Assembly: GCA_951406725.2 (NCBI GenBank)
Contig: OX597814.1
Location: 124,124,001-124,188,000 of the forward strand
Reading direction: 5' to 3'
Length of the DNA stretch: 64,000 nt
Origin: Octopus vulgaris
Lineage: Eukaryota
Part shown: positions 50,960-64,000 of the stretch, piece by piece
Position numbering within the stretch: the stretch's first letter is position 1
Layout of the letters: each line of letters begins with the position of its first letter
Position numbers and translations under genes: made by a program
Notes under the pieces: model-generated
Database searches by the model: none
What the model was told of the DNA's origin: nothing
Seen by the model: only the letters and a program-made list of their open reading frames with translations

Positions 50960-51790
50960 GAATTAATCTTCTCTCTTCGCTCCTTTGCACCACATGGGCT
51001 CAACCCTCCTCTCTTCTTCATCTAACCCTCCTCCCCTCTCTTGTCTCCCTCTCACACCTACTTCCTCCCACTCACCTTCCTCTCTTGCTCCGACTCCTAC
51101 TTCTCTTCACTCCTACTCTCCTCTCTTCCCCCTCTCTCTTTATTGTCACCCCTCCCTCGTAACCCCACCCCACATTCCCTATCCATCCCATCTCCAACCT
51201 ATCCCTTACACCCACTCCCACATACCCCATCTCTACCCACATACCCACCTCAACCCCCACTCTCAGCCTAACCCACACCCCACCCTTGCTTTCCCCACAC
51301 TCGCCTCCCTCACCTCCCAACACCATCACACCACATCACACACCACCATACCATACACCACCATACCACACAACACCACATCACATCACACCACCATGCA
51401 CACACTTGCATTGACCGCTTTCCAGCCCCACACACCTACACATACACACACGCACACGCTGAGGTCACTAGCCTTCTTCCACATGCACTTACATGCTCTC
51501 TTATACACCTGCGTACACACCTTCATTTGGGGATCACCACTACTTTATTATTTCCCCTTCTTCCTAGCTCTCCTGTGTGACCCCTCTGTCCGGCATTCAC
51601 CATGATAGATCACTAGCCACTGCAAATTCTTTATTTTTTCTCCTTGTTTCTTTCTGTGTTCCTTTCTGTGGAAGAGTGTAGGCTTGAAATGTTAAAGACG
51701 CTTTCACTTCCCGAGCATTAAACTAATACAACTGTTTGTTTTCTACGCCACCTGTCTTTGTCTTTTGTTTTTTTTTGTGAATTCTCCCCC
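50960..51790 (+). mobile_element. Penelope-like element 3' fragment (GIY-YIG C-terminus, pyrimidine-rich 3' UTR, hammerhead-like terminus)
   Basis: 50960-51025 encodes ELIFSLRSFAPHGLNPPLFFI*, matching the PLE endonuclease end 'E..I..L....P.GLN'. The terminal ~190 bp recurs at 54299-54482. Confidence 0.7.
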
Positions 51791-53916
51791 CCCTATATAT
51801 ATATATAATCATAAAATCAGGAAGTATGAGAATCATATATATTTATTATATTTATTTAACAATGAGACTTCCATAGAATTATGATTATTTCACAATGTAC
51901 TTCATGTAATATTAATTTCAGTCTGGAAGATATTTATACATACATGGTTTGCATTAATATGTATGCCCAGCATTATACAATACATGAGTATATTCACAAA
52001 TGCAAATAAAGAAAATGATCATATCAAATCACTGGACCATCATGGTTACACCAACAATTCAACTCTAAGTATGCACAAAAAATTTCCTCTTTATATAAAC
52101 ATTGTATAGAAGGCTGAAACTGAAGTTGATTTGGTCAGTAAAAATAACTCAATAGAGATCAATTAACTTAGTCTGATCAAAGTCTTCTAATGGATTCCTC
52201 ATGTAAAAGAGTTACAAATAATTTTCTGAATCCACATCTTATACTACACTAGCATGGTTTGGACAGTTTCACTAGAGCTGGTAAGCATAGTAGTAGCAGA
52301 ATCAAGCAACGATAATCATCAGATTTAAGGATCCTAAAATGCTTGCATAACAAAAACATGCGTTGGTGATTATTAAAGATGTGTAAATCTCACTCTTCAT
52401 TGTGCCCATTTAATATATTATGGAATTTTATATGAAATTCATTCAAGTGAACTCTGGCTTTACTAACTGAATAGGAGTATAACTGTAATGGTATACTATA
52501 TACAATTCCCAGAGTTTTCTATTGGCTGATATAGCTAGCCATATTTGGATTAAAACAGAACATTTGTAAAGTATCTGTCAGTATTTTGAAATCCCTATTT
52601 CTTGCTACTTATACACACACACAGACACACAGACACACACACAGACACACAGACACAGACACCCCCCACACACACAGATGCACACACATACACTTATATA
52701 TCAATGGATCGAAGCAGTTTGCTTAAAACTCCTTGGTACTCTGAGTTTCAAGCATGATGCTAATCTTCGGCCATAGGAATCTTAATGAAGGAAGTCAAAT
52801 GTTTATTACTGGACATCAGCTGGGCGATTGTTTGAGAAAAGTCACGTGGTGTCACAGTTTGATGTTAGTATTTCAACAATAACAATTACTTAGAAAAACT
52901 GCATGGTGAACAGGAAATCGGTTGCATGTTTGGTGGGGGTAAGTAGGAAGGGGTAGTAGATGTGTGAGTATATATGCATTTATGCATGTATATATGTGTT
53001 TATATATCTGTGTGTGTCTGTGGCACGTGACTCAGTGGTTAGAGCATCAAGCCCGGACTGGGCTGCGTGTTATGTTCTTGAGCAAGACACTTATTTCATG
53101 TTACTCCAGTTCACTCAGCTATAGAAATGAGTTGCCTTTCCCTTTGATAACAGTGGTGGCATGGAAAGGGGAGGCCGGTATGCATGGGTGACTGCTGGTC
53201 TTCCAGACATATGAAGAAGACATATGAATTTCAAGATTCTCATACTAAAGTACATACAAATTTCACATTTCTAAACTAACTATATGAACTATATTTGGAA
53301 TACAAGATAATATAACAGATTTTTAGATCTGAATATTATAGATTATTGCAGAAGAATAACCAAGGAAGTATATATAGATTTAAAGACTCTCATCAAAAGC
53401 AGTAATTTTAAATTTTTCTTTCAAACAAACACCATTTCATAGTTTTACTTCAAATTTAAAAAAACAAACTACCATTTGATATGTTATACAGAATTCAAAT
53501 TTTATATCTCTGAAGAGTAGAAGCGTTGTCTATAAATGCTTATCAATATATGATTTCATTATAGGGATAACTTTTGTGTGAAATGATCATAAAATGCTTT
53601 AAATAATTAATTCAGAACTTTTAAACTGTCATATGCATTATACTTATACATATCTACATATATTTTTATACATATTTATATTTATTTATTTATATATTTT
53701 TAATACAACAATTATTTTTCACATGTGTATATCTTTCTGTGGAGTTTTGATATTGATTTCCTAATATTAATAATAATATATTATAAAAAAAATATATATA
53801 CAATCACTCGTATTAAATATATAAATACTTTAATAGTATCAATACTTTGATACAATAGAGCACTCAATATAAATTCAGTATATAATATTCTCATTGGATA
53901 TATTTAACTAAAGATT

Positions 53917-53959
<43 letters not shown>

Positions 53960-53987
53960 ATATATACACACACACACATATATATAT

Positions 53988-54280
53988 AGGTGCAGGAGTG
54001 GCTGTGTGGTAAAAAGCTTGCTTACCAACCTTATGGTTCCGGGTTCAGTTGCACTGCATGGTACCTTGGGCATTCTACTATAGCCTTGTGACTGGATTTG
54101 GTAGATAGAAACTGAAAGAAGCCTAATGTATATATGTATGTATATATATATGTATATATATGTATGTATTTGTTGTTTGTGTCTGTGTTTGTCCTCCCAC
54201 CATCGCTTGACAACCGATGTTGGTGTGTTTACGTCCCCCTTCACTTTGCAGTTTGGCAAAAAAGAAACTGATAGAATAAC
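53988..54280 (+). mobile_element. SINE family A (3'-truncated)
   Basis: Similarity to the other copies. Confidence 0.75.
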
Positions 54281-54298
54281 TACTATATATATAATTTG

Positions 54299-54482
54299 CC
54301 ATGATAGATTGCTAGCCACTACACATTCTTTATTTTCTCTCCTTGTTTCTTTCTGTGTTCCTTTCTGTGGAAGAGCATAGGCTCAAAATATTAAAGACTT
54401 TCACTTCCTGAACGTTATACTAATACATGTTTGTTGTCTACACCACTTGTCTTTGTCTTTTGATTTTTTTGTGAATTCTCCC
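54299..54482 (+). mobile_element. Solo terminal repeat of the same PLE family
   Basis: Closely similar to about 51600-51790. Confidence 0.7.
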
Positions 54483-55249
54483 TATATATATCATCATCAT
54501 CATTATCATCATCGTATAACTCCATTTTCCATGCTAGCATGGGTTGGACAGTTCGACCGGGGTCTGGGAAACCAGGAGGCTGTGCCAGGCTCCAGTCTGA
54601 TCTGGCAGTGTTTCTACAGCTGGATGCCTTTCCTAACGCCAACCACTCTGTGAGTGTAGTGGGTGCTTTTTATGTGCCACCGGCACAGGGGCCCGAGGAT
54701 TTTGGCAAACAGGCACAATCAGTTGGTGCTTTTTACACGTCACCAATACAGAAGCCAGTCAGGCGGTGCTGGTATCAGCCATGTTCGGATGGTGCTTATA
54801 TATATATATATACATGAAGATATACTTATAAACATGTATGTATGTGAGTGTGGATGTCTTTGAGTCTGTGTTTGTTCCCACTATTACTTCGCAACTATTG
54901 TTTCATGTCCTTATAACTTAGTGGTTCAATCAAAGAGATTGATAGAATAAACACCAAACTTTAAAAAAGCCCATATGTGCTAGGGGTCAATTTGCTTGAT
55001 TAAACCTTTTAAAGTGATGCTACAGCATGGCCACCGTTCAATGACTGAAACAAGTAAAAAATGAAAGATTCGAATACAAGGGACCCAAGAAGATGTGGGA
55101 TGAAGTGACGAAGCGTCACTGCAGGTTTTGAGTCTCACAAAGGTGATGACAAATGACTGAGACTGTTACCTAGTGCTGGCAATGTATATAAGGCACCTGT
55201 ACCAGTGACATCTAAATAGCACCTGTGCTGGTGACAAGTAAGAGGCACT

Positions 55250-55655
55250 CATCATCATCATCATCTTCATCATCATCGTTTAACGTCTGCTTTCCATGGT
55301 AGCATGAGTTGGATGATTTGATTGAGGACTGGCAAACCAGAAGGCTGCACCAGGCTCCAATCTGATCTGGCAGAGTTTCTACAGCTAGATGCCCTTCCTA
55401 ATGCCAACCACTCCGAGAGTGTAGTGGGTGCTTTTACATGCCACCGGCACGGGGGCCAGTCAGGTGGTACTGGCAACGACCTCGCTCGAATGTTTTTTTC
55501 ATGTGCCAGTAAGGCAACACTGGTAATGATCATGCTCGAATGGTGCTTTTTACGTGCCACCAGCATGGAAGCCAGTTAGCCGCTCTGACAACGATCATGC
55601 TCGGATGGTGCTCTTAGCACCCCACTAGCATGGATGCCAGTCATCGAATGTGATT
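55250..55655 (-). mobile_element. Family C (RTE 3' UTR) copy
   Basis: Similarity to the other copies. Confidence 0.8.
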
Positions 55656-56331
55656 TCAATTACTCATGTTGACAACATATAAAGTACCTGTCTCGATGAC
55701 ACATTAAAGGAACTAGCGCCAGTGATATGAAAATTGCCACCAGTACACTCTATGGAGTGGTTGGATTTAGGAAAGGCATCCAGCCATAAAAACCAAGCCA
55801 AAACAGACTGGAGTCTGGTGCAGCTCTCTGCTTATCAGTTTCAGTCAAACTGTTTAACCCATGCCAGTATGGAAAACAGATGCTAAATGATGCTGATAGT
55901 CGTGATGATGTACATGCATATAATCATTTAGAGACCTTCACACTGTTAGCTATTTCACTAAATTCATGAAAACAAGTTTGCTTGAGAAAAATTGACACAG
56001 CACAAAGGGCATTTGAATAAACTCTACATATATCAGAATATATTTCTAGCTATTCTTCAAACCAATATCGGGAAATATAACCTCTACAATGATCATACAA
56101 ACATCTGACAACTGAAGGAAGATAATTTCAAATTGTGATGCACAGATATTCTCTTACAGCAACAGTTTTAAGTTTGGGGAAAATGTTATTCAGAACTAGT
56201 CGAATGTTGTTATAGAAACAAACAACAAAAACACCAGCAAATTGATATAACTGAGCCTGACAGAAGAATTATATCAATGTCATATACGTATGTAAGTGCA
56301 CATGAAGTGCATATGTGTGTGTGTGTATATA

Positions 56332-56547
56332 CCTGGTGGCCCAAAAGTAAGTTTACAGTTATCACGTAGGCATCTTAAATTTCTTTAAAAAGATTTTATT
56401 ACATTTAAATTTCTATCTTACAAACTGAAAAGGGAGTTTGACAAAATTAATTAAATTATCAAAGAATTTTGGTTTCATATTTTTTTTATAGTTGAGATCT
56501 AAACTGTTAATATATGAATGTGAAAGACATACTTTCAGGCTACCCTG
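56332..56547. mobile_element. Tc1/mariner-type MITE
   Basis: TA-flanked degenerate TIRs CCTGGTGGCCCAAAAGTA / TACTTTCAGGCTACCCTG. Confidence 0.6.
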
Positions 56548-57052
56548 TATATATTCCCTTCCTATATCCATCCTTTTCCAGAATAACTCTTTATATTGAA
56601 CTCTACTATTTCCCTCTAGTTAACTCTCTCATATCGTCTCTCAAGAAGGGATAACCCTAATATCCCAGAAGCAACTGTAAGACTACCTTTCTCTTTATAA
56701 ATGTCCTATAAATTTCACACAACCTTGATTTTGTTGTGTCATTTTATTTATCATATATACATCATCATCATCATCATCTTTTAACGTCTGCTTCCATGCT
56801 GGCATGGATTGGACAGTTTAACTGAGGACTGGAAAGACAGGAGGCTGCACCAGGCTCCAATCTTACCTAGCAAGATTTCTACAGATGGATGTCCTTCCCA
56901 ATACCAACCACTCTGAGAGTGTAGCAGGTGCTTTTTACGTGCCACCGGCATGAGAGACAGTCAGGCAGTACTGGCATCGACCACGCTCGAATGGTGCTTT
57001 TTATGTGCCATCAGCATGGGAGCTAGACAGTCTCTCTCTCTCTCTCTCTCTC

Positions 57053-57110
<58 letters not shown>

Positions 57111-57279
57111 TATGCATGCATATATATGTGTGTGTATTTTTGTGTATACATACAAATATATCACAGTATTGCCCAGATCATCAGGTGCTGTTTTACATGT
57201 AAAAAGCACCTGCTACACTCTCAGAGTGGTTGGTATTAGGAAGGACATCCATCTGTAGAAATCTCAATACACTTAAACC

Positions 57280-57618
57280 TCCATCATGATTGTGTCATTC
57301 TTTTCCATCTCGCCCTGAATTGCTTAATCAAATTACCTTCCCAACCTCGTGGAAGCCTCCTGAGTAGCCTTTGCCGATCTTCTGGATACCGTTCAACAAC
57401 TGCACAGGTCTCCTTGTTGTCTTTAAGCCTTGTGACATGTCCAGCTCAGTGAAACTTGTGCCTTTGGTTCTCTGTGATCACATCATTCTCCCTACACCAT
57501 TCTTGAATTATCTCATTTCAAATATGCTCCCTTAATGGTATTCCTACCATGGATCTGTCCATGGCCCTTTGTGTCGTAGCTAGTTGATGTTTCATTGTCT
57601 TTGTAGAAGCCTACAAAT
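57280..57618 (-). mobile_element. Decayed RTE LINE C-terminal fragment (second RTE family)
   Basis: Minus-strand remnant QLATTQRAMDRSMVGIPLREHI...AGHVTRLKDN. Confidence 0.65.
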
Positions 57619-57675
57619 CACTTGCATATAAGAGCATAGGTTGGATGATGCTCAGACACTACAACATATATATAT

Positions 57676-58085
57676 AGGCGCAGGAGTGGCTGTGTGGTAA
57701 GTAGTTTGTTTACGAACCACATGGTTCCGGGTTCAGTCCTACTGCGTGGCACCTTGGGCAAGTGTCTTCTACCATAGCCTCGGACTGACCAAAGCCTTGT
57801 GAGTGGATTTGGTAGACAGAAATTGAAAGAAGACTGTCGTATATATGTATATGTATATATGTATGTGTGTGTATATGTTTGTGTGACTGTGTTTGTCCCC
57901 GCAACATTGCTTGACAACCAATGCTGGTGTGTTTACGTCCCCGTCACTTAGCGGTTCGGCAAAAGAGACTGATAGAATAAGTACTAGGCTTACAAAGAAT
58001 AAGTCCTGAGGTTGATTTGCTTGATTAAAGGCGGTGCTCCAGCATGGCCGCAGTCAAATGACTGAAGCAAGTAAAAGAGAGAGAG
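57676..58085 (+). mobile_element. tRNA-derived SINE family A, full length (central microsatellite)
   Basis: Head GGCGCAGGAGTGGCTGTGTGGTAAG...GGTTCAGTCC (A/B-box-like) and tail CAGCATGGCCGCAGTCAAATGACTGAA. More than 12 copies or fragments in the window. Confidence 0.85.
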
Positions 58086-58747
58086 AAAAGAGAATATATA
58101 CATATATCTGTTCACCCTCTCAATCAGGTTTACCTCTTTACCCATATATACCCCTGGTTGCATTTTTGCAACACAAAACCTGCTCCTACATGTTTGGATA
58201 CAAACTCGCCAGGAAACATCTGACTGAACTTACGAAATGTTCAGTAGGTAGTCGACACCCATAGCTAACAGTTGCATACTGTCCTTGTCTCCCAGATTGT
58301 GAAAGCTTACCATAATGTTTAATCTAAATACAACGAAATTTTTTATGGGCAAAAATGGGTTAAAAGAGCCAAGCTGACAAAGTAAAAATAGAAGTAAAAA
58401 AAAAGGAGAGAAAAGACTTTTTGGTCTTGCAATGGAAAAGACGAAGTTAGTGGTGTTGGTGCTATGATAAAATATACTCGGTACATACTGTCAATTGTTT
58501 GGTGTTAAGAAGAGCATATAACTATAGAGACCATGTGGAAAACACATGACTAAGATCATGTCCTCTGATCCATCTTCAGTAATCTGAAGAACTGGCTTGG
58601 ACCATGATGGCTCATCAAATCCATACTAGCATGGAAAATAGAAAAGGTAAATAGTTTCTATGGCATATAAGTTGCTGAGATAATAACCCCCACACCCGAA
58701 TAGGACACCAGTCTGTTACAGGTAAGTGAACCGCAGTGATGTGGAAT

Positions 58748-59050
58748 GTGGAGGCACATAGCCTAGTGGTTAGAGCAGCGGACTCGCGATCAAGGGATTG
58801 TGGGTTTGAATCTCAGACCGGGCGATGTGTGTGTTTATGAGCGAAACACCTAAGCTACATGCAGCTCTAGTGGAAGATAATGTTGAACTTCTGCTGACTC
58901 TTTCGCCACAACTTCCTCTCACTCTTTCCTCCTGCATCTAGCAGCTCACCTGTGACAGACTGGCATCCCGTCCAGGTGGGGAACCTATATGCCAAAGAAA
59001 CCGGGAAACTGGCCCTTATGAGCCAGGCATGGCTCGAGAAGGAACAAACA
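58748..59050 (+). mobile_element. tRNA-derived SINE family D
   Basis: Head similar to the 6631 copy. Confidence 0.75.
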
Positions 59051-59689
59051 AGTGACATGGAATGAAGTGTTTTGCTCAAGAATATAATGCACTGCCCAGT
59101 CTGGAAATCGAAACCATGACTTCATGATTGTGAGTATCACACATTAACCACTAAGCTATGCACCTTCATGTCAGTGTGCAAAATGGATGCATAATGATGG
59201 TAATAAAGAGATTTACATATGCACCCACACAATCCCACACATATGCATACAAATGCACATGATGGTGATAGGGTGGTCACAGTTGGAACGCCTTTCTTTA
59301 TGGTGTTTGCTGCATCAAAACTCATCTGGGAGTAAACAACTAAAGAGAGGAACAGCTACATACACATTGATGAATTCTATAAACCGCTGTCTTTCAAAAC
59401 TACAATTTTCAACGACCAAGTAGCTTGAAGTGGGGAACAAGTTATGCCGTGTCTCAAGGAAAATGGAAATACAATAAGATGCAGCTAATATTTAGAAATA
59501 TGGTAAGAAGAAACAAGAAGATTTACAAAAAACATTTGGGAAGCTCTGATGGAAAGAAAAGAAAGTTTGAAATATAAATGAAACAAATAAAATGTAAACT
59601 TTACAGTAATGGACAACTATTTTTAAAACAACTCAGGGAGAAAATTTCCCGATGGACTTTTTGAAAAGAGATTACATATCAGTAAATGT

Positions 59690-59709
59690 ATGTGTGTGTA
59701 ATAATATAC

Positions 59710-59759
<50 letters not shown>

Positions 59760-59964
59760 TTATACATATATGTATGATGTATATATGTGTGTCTACATTG
59801 GCTGCTGTCTTGCAGTTATGTGACTTTGTTTCTTTGTGTGTGTGTGTATTTATATACATGCATGTATGTATGTACATTTATATCTATCAATCTACACTCA
59901 CGCACACATATATACAAAAACAAGCATATTATATACATATGCATACGTATATATATGAATATAC

Positions 59965-60025
<61 letters not shown>

Positions 60026-60415
60026 CATATATATATATATATACATACACACACACACACACACATACGTATATATATAATAGATATATATATATACATA
60101 TACATGCATGCATATACATATATATATATACATATATATACACGTATATATACACATTCATATATGCATACATATATATATACATACAAATATATATATT
60201 TATATCTGTATCTATATATCTATCTATACACACACATACACACTTACATACATAAACACATGCATATATATGCAACACCAAATCTATACAGGCTATGTGG
60301 GGTAGTATGTGGATGTATGCACATATGGATTCTGGATTTTACCTTATATAAAAATAATTGATTACTTTTCTCGATTTTATATTCACAATCATGAATTCTT
60401 TAGTATGCAGTTATC

Positions 60416-60460
<45 letters not shown>

Positions 60461-60973
60461 TCCCACACATACATGCCCTTGTGCATATACTTACACGTGC
60501 TCTTGCATAGACGGGGACATTCATAAACGTTTGTAGAATATACAAAAATCAAATAAGGTCTTGAATGATGTATATTCATTCACCAATAAACATACACAGA
60601 CACATTCAGTGTTCACATAGATGTATACCGTGGTAGACATTACCACACTGACACAACATTCATAAAGATAGCATTTACAGAAACACAGACCCAACAGACA
60701 TACATATACTCAAGGATTATACATACATACATACATACATACATGCCTAACTGCATACATACATACATACACACATACATAATACATGCATACATACATA
60801 TGTACGTACATACATACATACATGCATGTATACACTCATATACCTGCACATACACACACACATATATATAATATGTATAATCTTATCTTATATTACATAT
60901 ATATACATAATCACACAGAAGCATACATGTGCATATACATACATACATATATATATATATATGTGTGTGTGTG

Positions 60974-61011
<38 letters not shown>

Positions 61012-61025
61012 ATACACACATACAC
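59690..61025. repeat. Extended AT/AC/ATAC low-complexity region
   Basis: Direct inspection. Confidence 0.88.
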
Positions 61026-61784
61026 CATGGTAAACATGGGTGTAAAGTGAAGAATAAGTAGGAAAAAAATTCCCCCAATCTATATAAACCTGAGCTTATA
61101 AACTCCAAAAAGTGCGTGTTTTTGTGAAAATTCAGTTTTCTGAAAAAGGAGGGTTGAAAAAAACTGCAAAATATCAAGATATTTAAAAGGTTGAAATACA
61201 TGGTGAGCAAATGTAAAGTGTGTTGAATGCAACAAATGGGATTTGAAATGGCAATAAGGACATTTTTGTGTAGTACAGAAGCAGAGAAACACAAAGAAGG
61301 GCAGGGACTATATCAATAAGTATAACTCTTTTTTTTTTTTTTTTTGGTATTCTGGTGTTTTTTTTTGTTTTTTTTAAAATCCATAATGTTAACAGGAAGG
61401 CAGTTACTTTAGGCTTATAGTATTGCTTGTAAAAGATTTTATTTATTTTTTAATATTTTAAAATCATTTTTCTTTTCAAGATCCCTTTTGATTGGAGTTC
61501 GACCTCCCTTTTTCTTTCCTTCTCTTCTTCCCAAAAAGAAAAGCTCTACTTCGTATTTTGTCCCTTTTGTGTTCAGCCCTGTGTGGCCAATAAAGAAATC
61601 TATCTATCTATTTTTCTTTTATTTTTTCCATTTCTCTCTCTCTTTTTACCATTCTTTTTGATTGAAAATCCACCCTCTTTTTATTTTTTAGTTTTCTTTT
61701 TCTTTTTTTTCTCCTCAAAAAGAAAAGCTCTACTTTGTAATTTGTGCCCTCTGTCTTTATCCCTGTGTGGCTAATAAAAAAGCA

Positions 61785-61857
<73 letters not shown>

Positions 61858-61861
61858 GCCC

Positions 61862-62088
61862 TTTATTGCCCTCAAGGGGCTAAACATAGAAGGGACAAAC
61901 AAGGACAGACAAAGGGATTAAGTCGATTACATCGACCCCAGTGCATAACTGGTACTTAATTTATTGACCCCGAAAGGATGAAAGGCAAGGTCGACCTCGG
62001 CGGAATTTGAACTCAGAATGTAATGGCAGACAAAATACTGCTAAGCATTTCGCCCGGTGTGGTAACATTTCTACCAGCTTACCGCCTT
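61862..62088 (-). mobile_element. SINE family B inserted in (TCTA)n
   Basis: Similarity to the other copies. Confidence 0.8.
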
Positions 62089-62089
62089 C

Positions 62090-62146
<57 letters not shown>

Positions 62147-62848
62147 ACTATCTATCTATCTGTCTATCTGTTAGTCTACATATCTGTCTACCTATCAGTC
62201 TCTTTGCCTCTCTGTCAGTCTTTCTATGTATATAAAGATAAATAAAGTATATTAAATATCTTACTAGGAAAATTATCTCCAGTTCTAGATAAGAGAAGGG
62301 TTACTTGGTAGCAATTGGTGGAAACTCCAAATGAGAAGGGAAGATAATCTAAAATATCAAGGATTCTCCAAAGTTGACAAGTCATTAAAGAAGAGTCAGT
62401 CTGATTGTCTAGAGACAAAAGGAGAGCTGTAGTTACATATTCCTGCCTCAATAGGCATCATCAGCACAGGAATTACTCTACATTGTCTCCAGCAGAATGA
62501 GATATTTTTACACATACAAAAAACAGTACAACACATTTTTGGCCTAGGTAGTTTGAATAATTTAAACAAAAAAATGAGCTAAAGAGAAATGACCCAGAGT
62601 GAGGAATTGCATGAATTTGAGCAACATCTGTGCGCAATGGTACACTAATATTATATCATATAAATTCTTGTTTTATTGAAATTACTTCTGCTTCCAGAGA
62701 AGATAAAACAATTGCTAGATAGCAATTGGAACATATCTCCAAGTGAAAAAGGGAGATAATAGCAAGAAATAAGAATTTTCCAAAATTGATTTACCATTAA
62801 CGAAAAGATAGTCTGTCTGTCTGTCTGTCTGTCCATCCATTCATCCAG

Positions 62849-62908
<60 letters not shown>

Positions 62909-62940
62909 TATCCATCCATCCATCCGTCCATCCATCTATG

Positions 62941-62972
<32 letters not shown>

Positions 62973-63729
62973 AGTTGCTTTTACACAGTTTCTGTCTATC
63001 AAATTCACTAACAGAGAATTTGTCGGCTCAAGTTGCCACACAGTGGGACTGAACTCAAAACCCTGTGGCTGCAAAACAAGCTTCTTAACTACACAGCCAT
63101 GTCTGTGCCTGTCATTATATTTCTGAATTCAAACCTTACCAATGTTGCTCTGCCTTTCATCCTTCGAAGTGGTGGTGGCAGTGGTGGGGTGGTCAACAAA
63201 ATCTTTACCTGGTGGGTACCAGATCAATCTAATCATCCCTCCTACTCAAATCCACTCACACAAATCCATACCCAGCCTCCTCTCTAATATTCACCCATAC
63301 AAATTCAAGGTCTCATATCTACGCCGAGGAAAAAGTGTCAATTTGAAGAGCAAAAAAAGAAAGAAAATATATATATATTTATGCTGTTGTCAGCTGAAAT
63401 ACCTTTTCTGAAGTTTTGTAGACATTATAGTGAAAACTGCAGGGAATCTTAGCCTAGTTGAAGATGTACTAATTAAGCTACAAAGCTTTTATTACATACT
63501 TACCTCTTGCTCAATCACCCTTCTTATTATTTACTTCTCTTAATTAACAGTTTTGTCGTGTATGAATACATCTTTAATTACTTTAGCTTGCTTTGATGTA
63601 AAAATATTAAACTCATTATCAATGTCTTTATCTTTAAAAACAAAAATGTCTGCTAAACATAAATAAAAATGTTTCTTCTGCTTCTATTTCGTCATAAAGA
63701 TAGTAAATTTAATGTGCTTTTGTTATTGA

Positions 63730-63802
<73 letters not shown>

Positions 63803-63803
63803 G

Positions 63804-64000
63804 AGGTGGCAAGCTGGTAGAATCGTTAGCGCGTTCGATGGATGCTTAGTGGTATTTTGCCCTTCACTACATTATGTGTTCAAATTCTGCTGAGGTTGAC
63901 TTTGCCTTTCATCCTTCGGGGTCAATAGACTAAGTACCAGTTGAACACTGGGGTCAACATAATTGACTCATCCCTTCCCCCAAAATTGTTGCCCTTGTGG
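63804..64000 (+). mobile_element. SINE family B (runs off the window)
   Basis: Similarity to the other copies. Confidence 0.72.

Noticed and set aside
51922-52010. Possible next exon after aatttcag (LEDIYTYM... in one frame)
   Set aside because: The required phase-0 frame stops quickly, and the suggestive frame is out of phase.

Overview
AT-rich, microsatellite-dense eukaryotic DNA. The repeat families look like those of a coleoid cephalopod, probably Octopus (inference). The window appears to be almost entirely intronic sequence of one + strand gene. Three phase-0 coding exons (33359-33433, 35236-35340, 46299-46580) splice into one continuous frame resembling the MUN domain of a BAIAP3/Munc13-4 (UNC13D)-like secretory priming protein. 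The rest is layered transposon debris: several SINE families, 5'-truncated RTE, CR1, Dong/R4-like and other LINE ends, a fossil hAT transposase, mariner remnants, MITEs, a Helitron and Penelope-like (PLE) ends. Nearly all listed six-frame ORFs are microsatellite or repeat artefacts. The most interesting signals are: (1) about ten minimal type-I hammerhead-ribozyme-like folds from unrelated short repeat families, some with canonical cores and some with recurrent non-canonical cores, often in inverted-repeat arrangements, one linked to a tRNA-like B-box segment; (2) a tandem amplification of an exon/5'-splice-site junction creating an in-frame alternative donor; (3) an RFX X-box plus a 28-bp palindrome just upstream of the third exon. 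Repeat boundaries are approximate, and no database searches were run.
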